DNA from: the human T2T-CHM13v2.0 reference genome, Homo sapiens
NCBI RefSeq assembly: GCF_009914755.1
Contig: NC_060926.1
DNA length: 64,000 nucleotides
Direction: 5' to 3' (one strand)
Numbering within the stretch: position 1 is the stretch's first letter; each line of letters starts with the position of its first letter. The notes under the pieces were generated by a model, which saw nothing but the letters and a program-made list of their open reading frames with translations, was not told the DNA's origin and searched no databases. Shown one piece after another: positions 26,048 to 38,171 of this stretch. A program made the translations under genes and the position numbers.

Positions 26048-27064
26048 ATTATCTATTTTTGTTGTTGTGTGCCCTGTTAGGAGCTGCCTCCTCTCAGCTC
26101 CTCAAACTAAAAATGCTTACATCGGCCAAAATCTATTTCTTCATCCCAGTTAGTTCAGCAAAGATAGACTATACTATTCAAGGCTTCAGTCTCAATGCCA
26201 ATACACAAGGGCTCTGCACAGACCTTGCAGATACCTCATCTGTGCACGCAGCTTTAGAGGTATGATACTTGATATTCAAGAAGGGAATCAAAGTGGAGTG
26301 GTTTCTCTTTGAAGAGCAATTTAAATATCCTGTGTTGATCTTCAGTCATGAACAGGAGTGGTCTTTGTATGAATTGAGAAGCCAACAAAAGTGGCTGTGT
26401 CTCTGCTCCCCACTCCCAATTTGGAAACCCTGTGAGCATGACTAGGTGGTCTGTATGATGTAATTTGATTTGTTAGAATGTGAGTGGCTTACAACCATCA
26501 TTTGCGAGTAAATTACTTAGCCGTATTCTTCTTTACGACTGGCTGAAGAAACTTACTTGATGGTATAATATAATTTATTCCTGTGAATAAGTGAGTGACC
26601 TTCACATCTCAATCCATCTCCTGTGAGTTATGGGCCTTTTTTCACTCAGGAAAATGGCCTGTGTTTTACCACTGCCTACCATTTTCCACATTCCATTCCA
26701 CTAATTGTGTACGTAAATAAGACAGTCTAAGATGCTGAAGAAAATTATATTAACATACTAAATACCAAAATAATTCTTGGTGTATACCAAAGCATCTTTT
26801 TTCTAAAGATCTGCAAGCAACATTTAAACATTTTGTTTCTGTATTGACAGTCCTCTTAGCTAGAGTAAATCAATAGTATTAATCCCATTTTATAGATGGG
26901 AAAACTAAGGCTCAAAAAGAAATTGGCAACCTGGAGCCCAGTGGTACAGAGGCAAGTCATAGAACATGTAGCAGGAAAGGAAGTGGCTAAGTGGTGTATG
27001 GAATACACTGATATACTGGATTTTAGATTGTTTGTATAGTTTGTATTCTACTTTGCTTAATGAA

Positions 27065-27230
27065 TGATAACTAATATTTGTTGAATTTTACACATGTTGT
27101 AGGCATTGTTCTAAGCATTTGACATAAACTGGATTACTCAGTCCTGGTGATAGTCCTTTGAGGTGGTCATTATAATGAATATCCTCATTTTATGGATGAG
27201 ACAAGAAAAAGTAACTTGTCCAGGATCACA
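27065..27230 (-). mobile_element. MIR SINE
   Basis: AGGCATTGTTCTAAGCATTT..TATCCTCATTTTATGGATGAG..AAGTAACTTGTCCAGGATCACA. Confidence 0.7.
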
Positions 27231-27435
27231 ACGGGACAGGTGAAAAGCTATCAAATCAGAATATGTGATGGATTTTCTTGACTTCTTACTGATTTGTTTC
27301 CAAAGGGAGTTGAAGAGACTTCAGAATTCACTCGGTTTAATATTTTTCAGGATGTTATGATTGTACCATTCTGTATCCCTAATCCTAATCTAAAAATGAT
27401 AAATGGCAAACTCCTAGGCTTTTTATTTTTTTTGA

Positions 27436-27753
<318 letters not shown>

Positions 27754-27759
27754 TAATTC

Positions 27760-28053
27760 GCTCTTTTAGCAAGTTTTGAGATGATTCCTGCACACACTAA
27801 ATTTTGAAAATCTCTGATTTGTTTTCACATGGTTCTCTATGCAGCCTAGGAGGTGCTCTGATGGCACTGAGCAGCCATAAGGAGGAATGAAGTAAGTGGG
27901 ATGGGAAGGTGGTCAGCACTTAACAGGTGAAGCTCACCCCTAGTTCAACTTTAGTTCCTCTGACTTTCTCCTTTATATTTTGAGGTTTTCAATAAGATTT
28001 AATGTGAAGGGTCCTACAGATTAAAAAAATAAATAAATAAAGTTGAAAATCCA
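27760..28053. mobile_element. Degenerate hAT MITE remnants (MER5-like end, then MER112-like)
   Basis: TGATTCCTGCACACACTAAATTTTGAAAATCTCTG and TAAGATTT..AAGGGTCC..AAAGTTGAAAATCCAG resemble Charlie-family termini. Confidence 0.35.
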
Positions 28054-28054
28054 G

Positions 28055-28215
28055 CCTAGTTCAATTTCCTCTCCACCCACTTTATAGAGTCAGAGACTAA
28101 GACTCAGAGATAATGGAGTGTTTTTTTTCAAGATAATCCAGTTTAATGGAACTGATGAGACTGGAACCCTTGGCTTCCCAAACTTTGGGCTGTTTCCCTG
28201 TCACCATACTACAGG
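28055..28215 (-). mobile_element. MIR (MIRc/MIR3-like) fragment
   Basis: CTAGTTCAA..CCCACTTTATAGAG..GACTAAGACTCAGAGA..GAGACTGGAACCC. Confidence 0.5.
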
Positions 28216-28343
28216 CACCAACTGCTAACTTTCAGAACAGCAGCTCTTAAAAATAAAGACAAAGAATGTGAACACGTATAGTCGGTAAATTTCCCCAAAA
28301 GGCCCAACACAAATAGAAGATAAAAGGCAGCAGGCAGTCAGCG

Positions 28344-28728
28344 TGCTATGGTTTGAATGTGTCTCCCAGATGTTCATGTTTTGAAAACTTAATGCTCAAT
28401 GCAGCAGTGATGAAAGGTGGGACCTTTAAGAGGCAATTAGGCCATGAGGGCTCTACCCTAATGAATGGATTAATGCTGTTACCACAGGAATGGATTAGTT
28501 ATCTTGGGAGTAGGCTCTTGATAGAAGGATAAATTCAGCCCCATTTTTGTCTCAAGTTTGCTTCTTTCTGTTTTCTGCCATGGGATGGCTCTCACCAGAT
28601 GGTCAAGCAGATGCCAGTGCCATGCCCTTGGACTTCCCAGTCTCCAGAACAGTGAGCCAAATAAACTTATTTTAAAAATTACCCAGTGTGTGGTATTGTG
28701 TTATAGCATCTGAAAACAGACTAAGACA
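28344..28728 (+). mobile_element. MaLR LTR (MSTC/MSTB-like), complete
   Basis: TGCTATGGTTTGAATG..GAAAACTTAATGCTCAATGCA..GGACTTCCCAGTCTCCAGAAC..AATAAAC..AACAGACTAAGACA. Confidence 0.85.
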
Positions 28729-30267
28729 ACGTGTATATGACATGAAGGGGAATGAAGTGCAGTTTGCTAGAGAAACTGCAGAAGTTCTTCTGGAGCCCCA
28801 AGGGCTGTGTACACCAAGAATTTTTTTCTGTGATTTTTGGCTTTTTGAGCAAAAGAATGGTATGAAGACAAGAAGGAAAAAAAAAATCAGTATGAAAAGA
28901 ATTTTGGGGATGTAAATGTGGCTCAAAATTGGAGTTTCAAAGTTTACAAATAGAAATGTGACAAAGGAAAAGAAAATGTGGACACCATTTTATGCATCAA
29001 GTTAGAGTATCTTCCTGGGAAGAAAGTCAGACCTTCGGAATACAAAAAGCAGTAAACAAAAACTAACTATAGTCAGGATGGCAGACAGTTACTCCCAAGG
29101 TAAGAAATCTCCTCACTAGTGCTGGAACCCCATTGTGTTGGTTGGCACCTAATTTCATATTGTGGGTGCTTAGCAGGGCTCAGTAGGAAGTGCATTGTTT
29201 TCCTAGAATATGTACTTTGGGAAGAAACCACATCTTACTTCTGATCTTTCACAGGGAAGTAAATAAGAAAGCCACAATTAGCATGGGGTGGGGGGATAAA
29301 TTTTTAAGGACTTTGTGATCTTTTACATTGTTGGACATGAAAAGATTTTTGGTCATTTGTTCTATTTGGGGGGTCATGGTTTTAAAGAGAAGAGCAGACT
29401 TGTTATGGGAATAGCTGGCTATCTAGATGATGTTGAAAAAAGGATAGTGTTTTTTGGAGTATAGCTTAAATTTGCAGATGAATAGGCTCCTGAGAAAGTA
29501 GAGCATTTCTCATGATAATGTGTATAATTGAATAAAAAGGATTACCAATGAAGTTCTAGGAAAAAGTAGAATATTGTCCAGATGGAACTGCAAAAACAAA
29601 ACACAAACGGAATTATACACATGAATGGATTTTATAAATTGCAAACTATCATATAGATAGTACAAGTGGTACCCAGCCATTCTTAAATAGAAAATGCAGT
29701 AAACAGAATTAGAAATAATATTTGTGGAGTATGATATTGATAAGACTATACTAGAGAACAAACACAAAGTGAACTTAGATTTGTAATGCAAGGAAGAAAA
29801 GATAATGCAATAGTTGTTATTGGAATCTGCTTCGATAATGGCTGGAATATAGCAAGGAAATTTTCTTGCTAGGTATGGAATCTATAAAACCAGAAGTGGA
29901 AACATGACAAAAAGCAAGTGGGTGAGGTTAAAAGATAAATAAAAATCACACGATTTTTAAAAGTCTGTCGAAATTGTTTTATTTAACAGATTTGAGAAAA
30001 GATGCAAAGAACTTAAAGAGGGTTTTAAACTATATTTGCAGCCAAAGTATTTGGAAAGCATAGGCTATAACTTAGGGTTGGGCTGGGTTTGTTCCTCAGA
30101 CAAAAATGAAGTAAAACTGCTAACTTAGGTTTTACTTTTAACTTCTGAATTATAAAGAAGGATCTTCAATGAGAAAATGAAGAACAGAGAGATTGAGGCT
30201 TATGGAAAGGGAATGAATGGTAAAAGAACATGTAAGTATTTAAAATTAATTTAAGCCAGGTTTAGAT

Positions 30268-30431
30268 CACTGGTTCTCAACCCTGGCTGCATATTAGAAT
30301 CACAAGAGAAGCTTTTAAAAATACTTGCAGAGATTCTGATTTAATTGGTCTAAAGGTGAGGACCCAGGCAGGGGCATTTTTTAAAATCTCCCAGGGGGAT
30401 TCTAATATGCAGTCATTTTTGAGAACCATTG
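30268..30431. mobile_element. MER5A1 hAT MITE
   Basis: Palindromic body CACTGGTTCTCAACCCTGGCTGCATATTAGAATCAC..GATTCTAATATGCAG..TTGAGAACCATTG. Confidence 0.85.
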
Positions 30432-30690
30432 CCCTGGATAAATTAATTATACACCAGAATTCACAAAGAACTCACAGGTGTTACAGGTGGAGAACAGAAG
30501 CGATGTCAGAGACTGGAGATGTTATTTTTTTTTAAATGCAGAAATGTAGACCCTGGAAGCTATAGAACAACAAGTCTGACACTCTCCCTTAATATAATCT
30601 GGAAAAAAATGTCCTGTGAGCATTTATAAAAGAAAGCAATTATTACTTTGGATCAGCATGGGCTTACCAAGGACAAATCAAGAGAAACTC

Positions 30691-30692
<2 letters not shown>

Positions 30693-30735
<43 letters not shown>
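30693..30735. repeat. (TG)21 microsatellite
   Basis: Directly visible. Confidence 0.98.
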
Positions 30736-30737
<2 letters not shown>

Positions 30738-30816
30738 TTTACAGCTAAGTCAGGGGAAAGTCCATGCCTTGATTTCAGCAGTGTATTTGACAAAGTGCCT
30801 TGTAAGATTTTTGTGC

Positions 30817-31061
30817 AGGGGTATTCTTGGTGCAATGTGAAAAGCTTTGGATGTCCATGTAGATACCTCAGGGGTCTCTCAAAAGCCTTGCCTTCCTTCA
30901 TTGCCTTCTCTTTGCTACAGGGAAGACAAAGAAGTAAGGCCCCTCACCACACCATCTACCTTGAACCAGAGCAACTCTGCTTCCATTTATTTTTATTTCA
31001 CTATTTTGAAACAGATTTTATTTTAATAAAGTTTTATAGTAAAAACAATTTGGAAACTTCT
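30817..31061. mobile_element. MER112-like hAT MITE
   Basis: ACCTCAGGGG..AACCAGAGCAACTCTGCTT..AAAAACAATTTGGAAACTTCT; interrupts L3 collinearity. Confidence 0.4.
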
Positions 31062-31344
31062 ATTTTAGACAACAAGATGCAGACACCAATGTCATATGTT
31101 AAAAGGTAATATTCATTCATTAAACAGATATGACCCTGTGTTGATGTGAAACTAAAGGAGAATCTTCATAGTCTGCTATCCTTTTATTAAAAACTCTGAT
31201 GAAAACATTGAAGGTGTGCTGACAAAGGTGTGCTTACAGTGAAGCTAGAACAGTGGAGAGTCATCTAGATATCAGAATCAAGAATAAAATAACCACATCA
31301 GATGAGAATGATAGATCCAACCAAGAGATGATTTTTTTAAGGGA

Positions 31345-31680
31345 TGTATTAGTCTTCTCAGGCTGCTATAACAAAATACCATATTATGGGTGGAGTAAGC
31401 AATAGACACTTATTCCTCACAGTTCTAGAGACTGGGAAGTCCGAGATCAACAAGCTAGCAAATGGCCACCTCCTTGCTACATTTTCACAAGGCAGAGGGA
31501 GCAGTCTGGTATATTTTTTTCTTCTTACAAGGGCACTAATTTCATCATGGGGGCCTCACCCTCATGACCTTATTCAAACTTAATTATCTCCAAATGGTCA
31601 CACCTTTAAATACCATCAAGCTGGGTATTAGGACTTCAACATATTAATATTGGGGGAATACAAACATTCAATCCATAACA
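31345..31680 (-). mobile_element. MLT1A-like MaLR LTR
   Basis: TGTATTAGTC..GGCTGCTATAACAAAATACCA..CTCACAGTTCTAGAG..CACCCTCATGACCT..AAACATTCAATCCATAACA. Confidence 0.85.
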
Positions 31681-32169
31681 ACAGATAAGCATAAAAGTTC
31701 TGCTGTTATAGAAAAAAATGATTTGCACAAGCACAGGACTTCATAGCTATTCATATGTAAAAGTGTCAAGGCATTAGACAATCATAGTCTTAAATGAAGT
31801 GGACATTAGAAAAATAAACACAATATTAATGTGGTTTAGTTTTTTCAGGTCACAGCAGGTTCAGGGTAAAAATAATCACAATGATAGTAATCATCAATAG
31901 CTTATCTTATGGGTTCACCTACCCCATAATTGTGAGAATCCAAAACTTCTATATCCGTGGACTTTCAAAGTCTTTCCACTACCTTTGAGAGTTTCCCTGG
32001 GACACCTTACAACTGGCAACACTCATCTGTCATCTATTAATTAGAGGCAACAATATTCACATTTCGCAGGGTTGTTGTCTGAATTGAGGGGTAGGTTGTA
32101 TAAAAGCATTAGTAAACAGTTAAGTTCCGTACAAAGAAACAATTAGTGTGGCTTAAAATGGGCTGTTTG

Positions 32170-32630
32170 AAGAGTAGATGCTAGACTGGCCTGCCAGAAT
32201 CTGTCCTGCCCACGCAGCACTAAATCTCTTTTTCTCCCAGTGGCTGGGAATTCTGCTGACTGAAATCCTTCAGCTGTCAGCCCTCTCTGGGAATTGCTCT
32301 TTGGAAAGCCTCGCCCAAGGTCACAATTCACTTTGTGTGGGCAGCCTGCATCCAGTGGCTGAGCTATGTGGGGAGGTAGGGAGGAAGGGGGGTAGAAATG
32401 CTCCTTGCCCAACTTGGAACAATTCTAAGGGGTCATCCCAGTTCTAGGTCTTCCCCGTGGCATGGGCTGAGTCCTCTGTTGTGGCCACACAACAGCCCAT
32501 CTTCTTTCTCCCTCTGCCCCATCCCACTTCCTTCCTTGAACTCAATGGTATTAATTCCAAGAACATGCCCTAATATACTTTATTCACAGTAATCTCTGTC
32601 TCAGAATCTGCTTCCTTGGAGTCCCAGTAC
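32170..32630 (+). mobile_element. LTR16A-like ERVL LTR
   Basis: CAGCTGTCAGCCC..GCCTCGCCCAAGGTCAC..GGGCAGCC..CATCCA; ends AATCTCTGTCTCAGAATCTGCTTCC. Confidence 0.7.
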
Positions 32631-32989
32631 CATTTCCAAGTCAGACAAAGAAAGACTCAGCTTTTCAGATGTGATTTTTTTTCCTCTTTTTTTTTTTCAT
32701 CTTTCGGAATTGAGTGCATCTGGAAGCAATAAGCTGTAATAACCCATTTATTCTTCCCTCAAGTGAGTGTATTTAATGTGTAATATTACATCCTTGGGAC
32801 AGACAGAAAACCTGACGCTGAGGGCTAGCTTCTGATCAATTTGTAACAAATAACCCAGTAAAAACATTCAAATGGTGGTAAAGGCAGCTTCATGGCAAGT
32901 TGCCAGTTGCTGGTAGTGTAAGTGCTTTGAAAGCTCAAGAGAAGACAGCAATAGTATGGCCTGGAATATTTGTGAAATTTTTAAATCAG

Positions 32990-33185
32990 ATTCAGAGAAT
33001 TTTGGAATTGGACATAATCTTAGAAATGTTCTAGTCCTAGGTCTCTGTTGAAGATGGAAATGGAATCCCAGACAGACCAAGTGACTCCATCTTTTCAAAT
33101 CACAAAGCTGAAATAATAACTGGACCTTGAAGGAGGGGATAAGACTTAGAAGTCTATAACCGCGCTGATTTTCACTGTGCCACAA
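32990..33185 (-). mobile_element. MIR fragment
   Basis: GAATTGGA..CTTAGAAAT..TCTAGTCC..AGATGGAAA..CCCAGA..AAGTGACT..TCACA. Confidence 0.5.
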
Positions 33186-34059
33186 GGTGTCAACTCTTGG
33201 GGACAATTCTTCATCCATAAAGACCCTCTGGGGTCTGTATATGTTTGAATGAAGCACAGTACTCAAGGAATGTGACCTGTGGCCTTGACACTGCTTTTCA
33301 CATTGATCTCCACAGTCACGATGGCTGATGTTTCTTTGTGCATAACCTTGCCCCATCTCTCAGTTTTCAATTCCTGGGGTTCTGCTAAAGCCACTCTGAA
33401 GCCAAAGCCACATATCACCTTGTCACATGATCCTGATGTCATCTGAAACATTACATTATAGCTCCTCTCTTCCATGCTCTTTCATTGCTTTGGTGTAGTG
33501 TGATTTAAATATCTCCAGCACCTCTGTGATATGGTTGACAACAGTAGTATTTCAAGCTGACTTTTCATCAGAAGCTTAGAAGGTGATTCACAATTACAGG
33601 GGCTATTCTCTTCTGGCTGAGATGCAGAGACATTAGACAAAGGCCATGGAGGAGGATCTGTGTGTCTCCTTATTGACCAAGAGCCCTGGCTGGTCTTATT
33701 GAATGAAATGCAGTTGGTAAAAATGCCAGGAAATTCATCAGGGGGCTTGAAAGACACTCAGCTGGACTTCCATGATGCTAGGTTAGGAGCAATTTGAACT
33801 TTTCATTAATATAGCAGTTGGCAATTTGCCATTTGATAGTATACTAGCTTCAGGGTACTAAGGCTAACTCTCAGTGTGGGAGCTATGTAATTTCTCTAAT
33901 TAAAAAATCATAAGTCATCATTATTTATCCTTCACCGTATTTTGAAGTCACAATTTAGAAAGTAAAACAGCAATTCCTCTAAGATGAAACTAGAGAAAAA
34001 ATGATTTCTACAACCCTGTCACAATAACAAATACAATTTTTATATATTCCTTTTTAAAC

Positions 34060-34760
<701 letters not shown>

Positions 34761-37618
34761 TCACTATTAAAAATTGTTTTCTTACAGAAACTTCTATGAT
34801 CTATACAGGTCAGGGTAGTGTAAATCAAGTAATGGTGTATTGAAAAGGTTGCAAGGAGAAGTTCTTGCAACTTCTGTGCAGTGGGGTGCTGGTGCTCTGT
34901 GACCCAAGGCAGTAGCCATGCTTGCTTTGGACATGGTGATACCAGCACTGGTGAGTGGTGATAGGTCTAACATTATCATGAGCTGCCATGGGCAACTGTG
35001 CCCCTAGCACTGAGTGAGGAGACCCTGAGGTGATATCCATGCCTACTGAGAGAGACTTCCAAGGGCAGATGCAGGGGATCCAGCAGTAGGGGGAAGATGC
35101 TCCTCAGTGGATGTAACCAATGATCAGGGAGACGTTGGTAGTCATGGAAGCCAAAGCTTACATCCCACACTCATAGATGGGATGAATATGGAAACTTTTG
35201 ATAGGGGATGAGCTAAAGCATTACAGGGTGGGGTGAACCAGAAACATGCTGATTACTAAAAATTGGTCTCATTTGTATTTATGCAGTATCAGTTTTGTTT
35301 TATTATGCCAGATCTATAATATCTATTAAAAAATAGTTCTAGAAATTTTTCATTGACTATGATGATAATTTTTACTTCAAAATAGATATTTTAAATTATA
35401 TGGCAGTCATTCCATCTCCAATTTTATATATAAACAAAATAAAGAATGTATATTTTTATCTTTTACCCTGTATTAAAAAGATTATATGATTTTCTTTTAG
35501 TTTAGCCTGTTAGTATATTATATACACAGATTTTCTTATCTTGAATTGGAAGAGTAGACATATCAGTTTTAAAATATTTATTGAGAATTTATTCTGTGTA
35601 AGGCATTAGGTGGATCAGGGAAGAGTAAAAAGTAGTGCGTTTGTATTACCTGGTAATTGAAAATGATCACGTTGATGACATGATTACAATTAGGGAGATT
35701 GCTTCCTTCCATTTTAAAGAGATGTTCTCGCCACACGATCTCTCATTTCTTTTTATTGTATGTATTTTTCAGTTATTTAACCGTAACTCATTTGAATAAA
35801 ATTATTAATCATCCACTTTGCTTATATAGAAACGGTTATGGTATTCTTAAAGATTCTCTGTGAGTTTTGATTCTGTTCAAGTTGCTTGAGTTGTGCATCT
35901 TAGGAATACTCATCTGAGAATTTCTAATTTTCATGGTGTGTTTCTAAAGCTGGGCTGGCCATTGATCTCTTCTTATTTTAATAAATGCCATCCTTATTAA
36001 AATTGTTAAATGGAGTCTAGTGATTAGAAGACTCAGATAGCAAAGCAATTACACAAACAAAACCACAGCATAATTCAGACTCAGTTTTAACCAATTTACT
36101 TAACCATTTTATTTTTCTAGTCTCCTTTTAACTTGTGCACCTAAAATCCTAATGACAAATCAGGGGAAGAGTTTCTCCAAGAAAGAAAGGTTCAAAGTAC
36201 CCTAAAGCTGGTTGGTGGCCAGGATCAGGAACAATCTGAGATTGAGTTCAGTTATTAGATATCATTTCAAGGATAAGGGCCTCCCCAAAATGAAGATTAC
36301 AGAGGGCCCCTTATTCAGTTACTGAAATGTATTTACCTGTTGAAACTCAGAATTTTATCTTACAGGACATCAAAAACATCCACATATCCTTTTACCTATA
36401 TTACCTGGTATTAAAATCCCCCAGAGCAAATTCAACTTAGTATTTTAATTTAGATCATGTAACATACTTGGCACATGAATATTACTTCTTATGAATTAGT
36501 AATTAAAATTTTCTTCTAAAATGTATATTATTGTGACTTTTAATATTCTTCCTTCTGAAGAGAGAAAAATGTAAATCAGGAGAGGAACAGTTACAATGCA
36601 ACATTCAGCTAGTGGCTGGGAGAGGAATGAAGAGAGAAATGAAAAATGTACTAAGACTTCTATCCCTTAGATTTAATTAAAAGCTGCTCTTTTTGTTTGC
36701 CTTTTTGGCATGGCTGCAGATTAATACTTTTTTCATTTTTCTATAAAATTAAAAATGCCAATTGTTGATTTTTAGTGGATAAAAAAATTTCAAATCAGTC
36801 TCTGAAATAATACTGCAAACCAATAACAGTCATGTTGAGAAAAACCCAAAAAACCCTAAAGCAACCAGAAATAAAAATCCCTAAAAAGCTTTTCATTTGA
36901 CTTATCTTAGTTGTTGAGAATATTTCTAGTGACAGTTGACTGATTCTTTCATTTTACAAGTATCCAATCATTCATTAGCAAAAAAGACTTGGATTAAGTA
37001 TTTGGGTGTAGAGTTTTCTTATTCAAGCCTTCAGTGAAAATGACAGTTTTCATAATCTTATTCTCATGTCTATCTATTTCTACCCAATATGAAGCTCACT
37101 GTAATTTGATTCAGTCAGTCATTGTGTTTCTTGTTGTTGAGCTTCTGCTGTTAGACCATAATAGGGGTAAGAAATAGAAGAATTAGTAAAACCCAGTAAC
37201 TGCCATGGAGAAATTCAAGTGCATTGGCAATAGAGAAATAACATTCCCACTGTGCTTTAGATTGGGTGGAGTCATCTAACAAAGGGGATTTTGTTAATAA
37301 AAATACATTAGCAGAAACACTAAGAGATTATATGCTCTATCTAGAAGGACTTAGGGAGATTATCTAGTTCAAATCCCTCATTTCACCAATAAGGGCATTA
37401 CAGCTCAGACCTCATAGTGTGTAGCTATCCTGGTAAAGGATTGAAATTTTCATACATCCTAATATTTTATTGCAATAAGAGGTACTTGAAAAAAAGGGTG
37501 AATTTGACCTCCATCTACAGATGTGTACATCACCCTCTTATTATTTCTAGGCATTTTGAATTGAAAACAACCTTATGTGTTCACTAATTGGCATGAATTT
37601 AAAGTCTTTGTTTTAAAC

Positions 37619-38171
37619 TGTGTTTTGCTATTATTCAGGTATGCTGACACTAACAGATCAGGAGACAATTGTCATTGAAAAAACAGTTGTTATTCACAGT
37701 TCTCAAGAGAATGGGGCACAGAACTCCATGCAGGTCCTCAAGGGGAAGCACCAGGGCAGTCAGGAGGCAGACGGAGTGGGAGGAAAGCATGGGCAAGAGG
37801 CATTATTGTGGTTTCTGCAAGAAAGAATGGGTGAGGCAGGGTAAGCAGGTTTATGATGATGAGTTTGTTTGAATAATTTCAGTGGGTTTTGGGGTAGGAG
37901 GCTGTCCTGAGTTGTTTGGTAACTGGCCTTGCAGTGATTAGGATAGGGGAATATTGGCCTGGAGTTTAAGAGCCAAATAGAAGAGGTGTGGGGGAGTTGT
38001 GGGCTTTGGATTGGTGAATTTGCAAGTGAAAGCTGTGCTCCAAGGTTAGTCATTTGCTAATCTCTATGAATTGGCTGTCCTTAGGGAGAGAGGGCAGTCT
38101 CTGCCCAGTTAGAGAGACCCCAGATGCCAGAGCATCAGGAATACAGAAAATAAGAAAATATAGTCAACACA
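37619..38171 (-). mobile_element. ERVL LTR of the MER74/MER54 group
   Basis: TG..CA ends; GATGCCAGAGCATCAGGAATACAGAAAATAAGAAAATATAGTCAACACA, GGATTGG..TTTGCA, GGGTGAGGCAGGGTAAGCAGG. Confidence 0.72.

Larger units (their letters stand above)
29880..31810 (+). mobile_element. L3/CR1 LINE ORF2 fossil interrupted by MER5A1, (TG)n, a hAT MITE and an MLT1 LTR
   Basis: Collinear degenerate RT-region peptides: DPGSYRTTSLT (30549), EHL*KKAIITLDQHGLTKDKS, CLDFSSVFDKVP (about 30765-30800), FIKNSDENIEGVLTK (about 31183), matching CR1 DPGNYRPVSLT / QHGFTK / YLDFSKAFDKV / FINDLDE..IKFADD. Confidence 0.78.

Noticed and set aside
30648-31109. 153-aa ORF with RT-like motifs as a functional gene
   Set aside because: It spans a degenerate L3 fragment, a TG microsatellite and a MITE; upstream stop and substituted catalytic motifs.
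32868-33356. 162-aa minus-strand ORF
   Set aside because: Overlaps a MIR fragment, with no recognisable domain and no splice context.
34848-34875. Overlapping short inverted repeats GTTGCAAG/CTTGCAAC and AGAAGTT/AACTTCT
   Set aside because: Stems of 7-8 bp with no consensus to show an insertion; compatible with chance.
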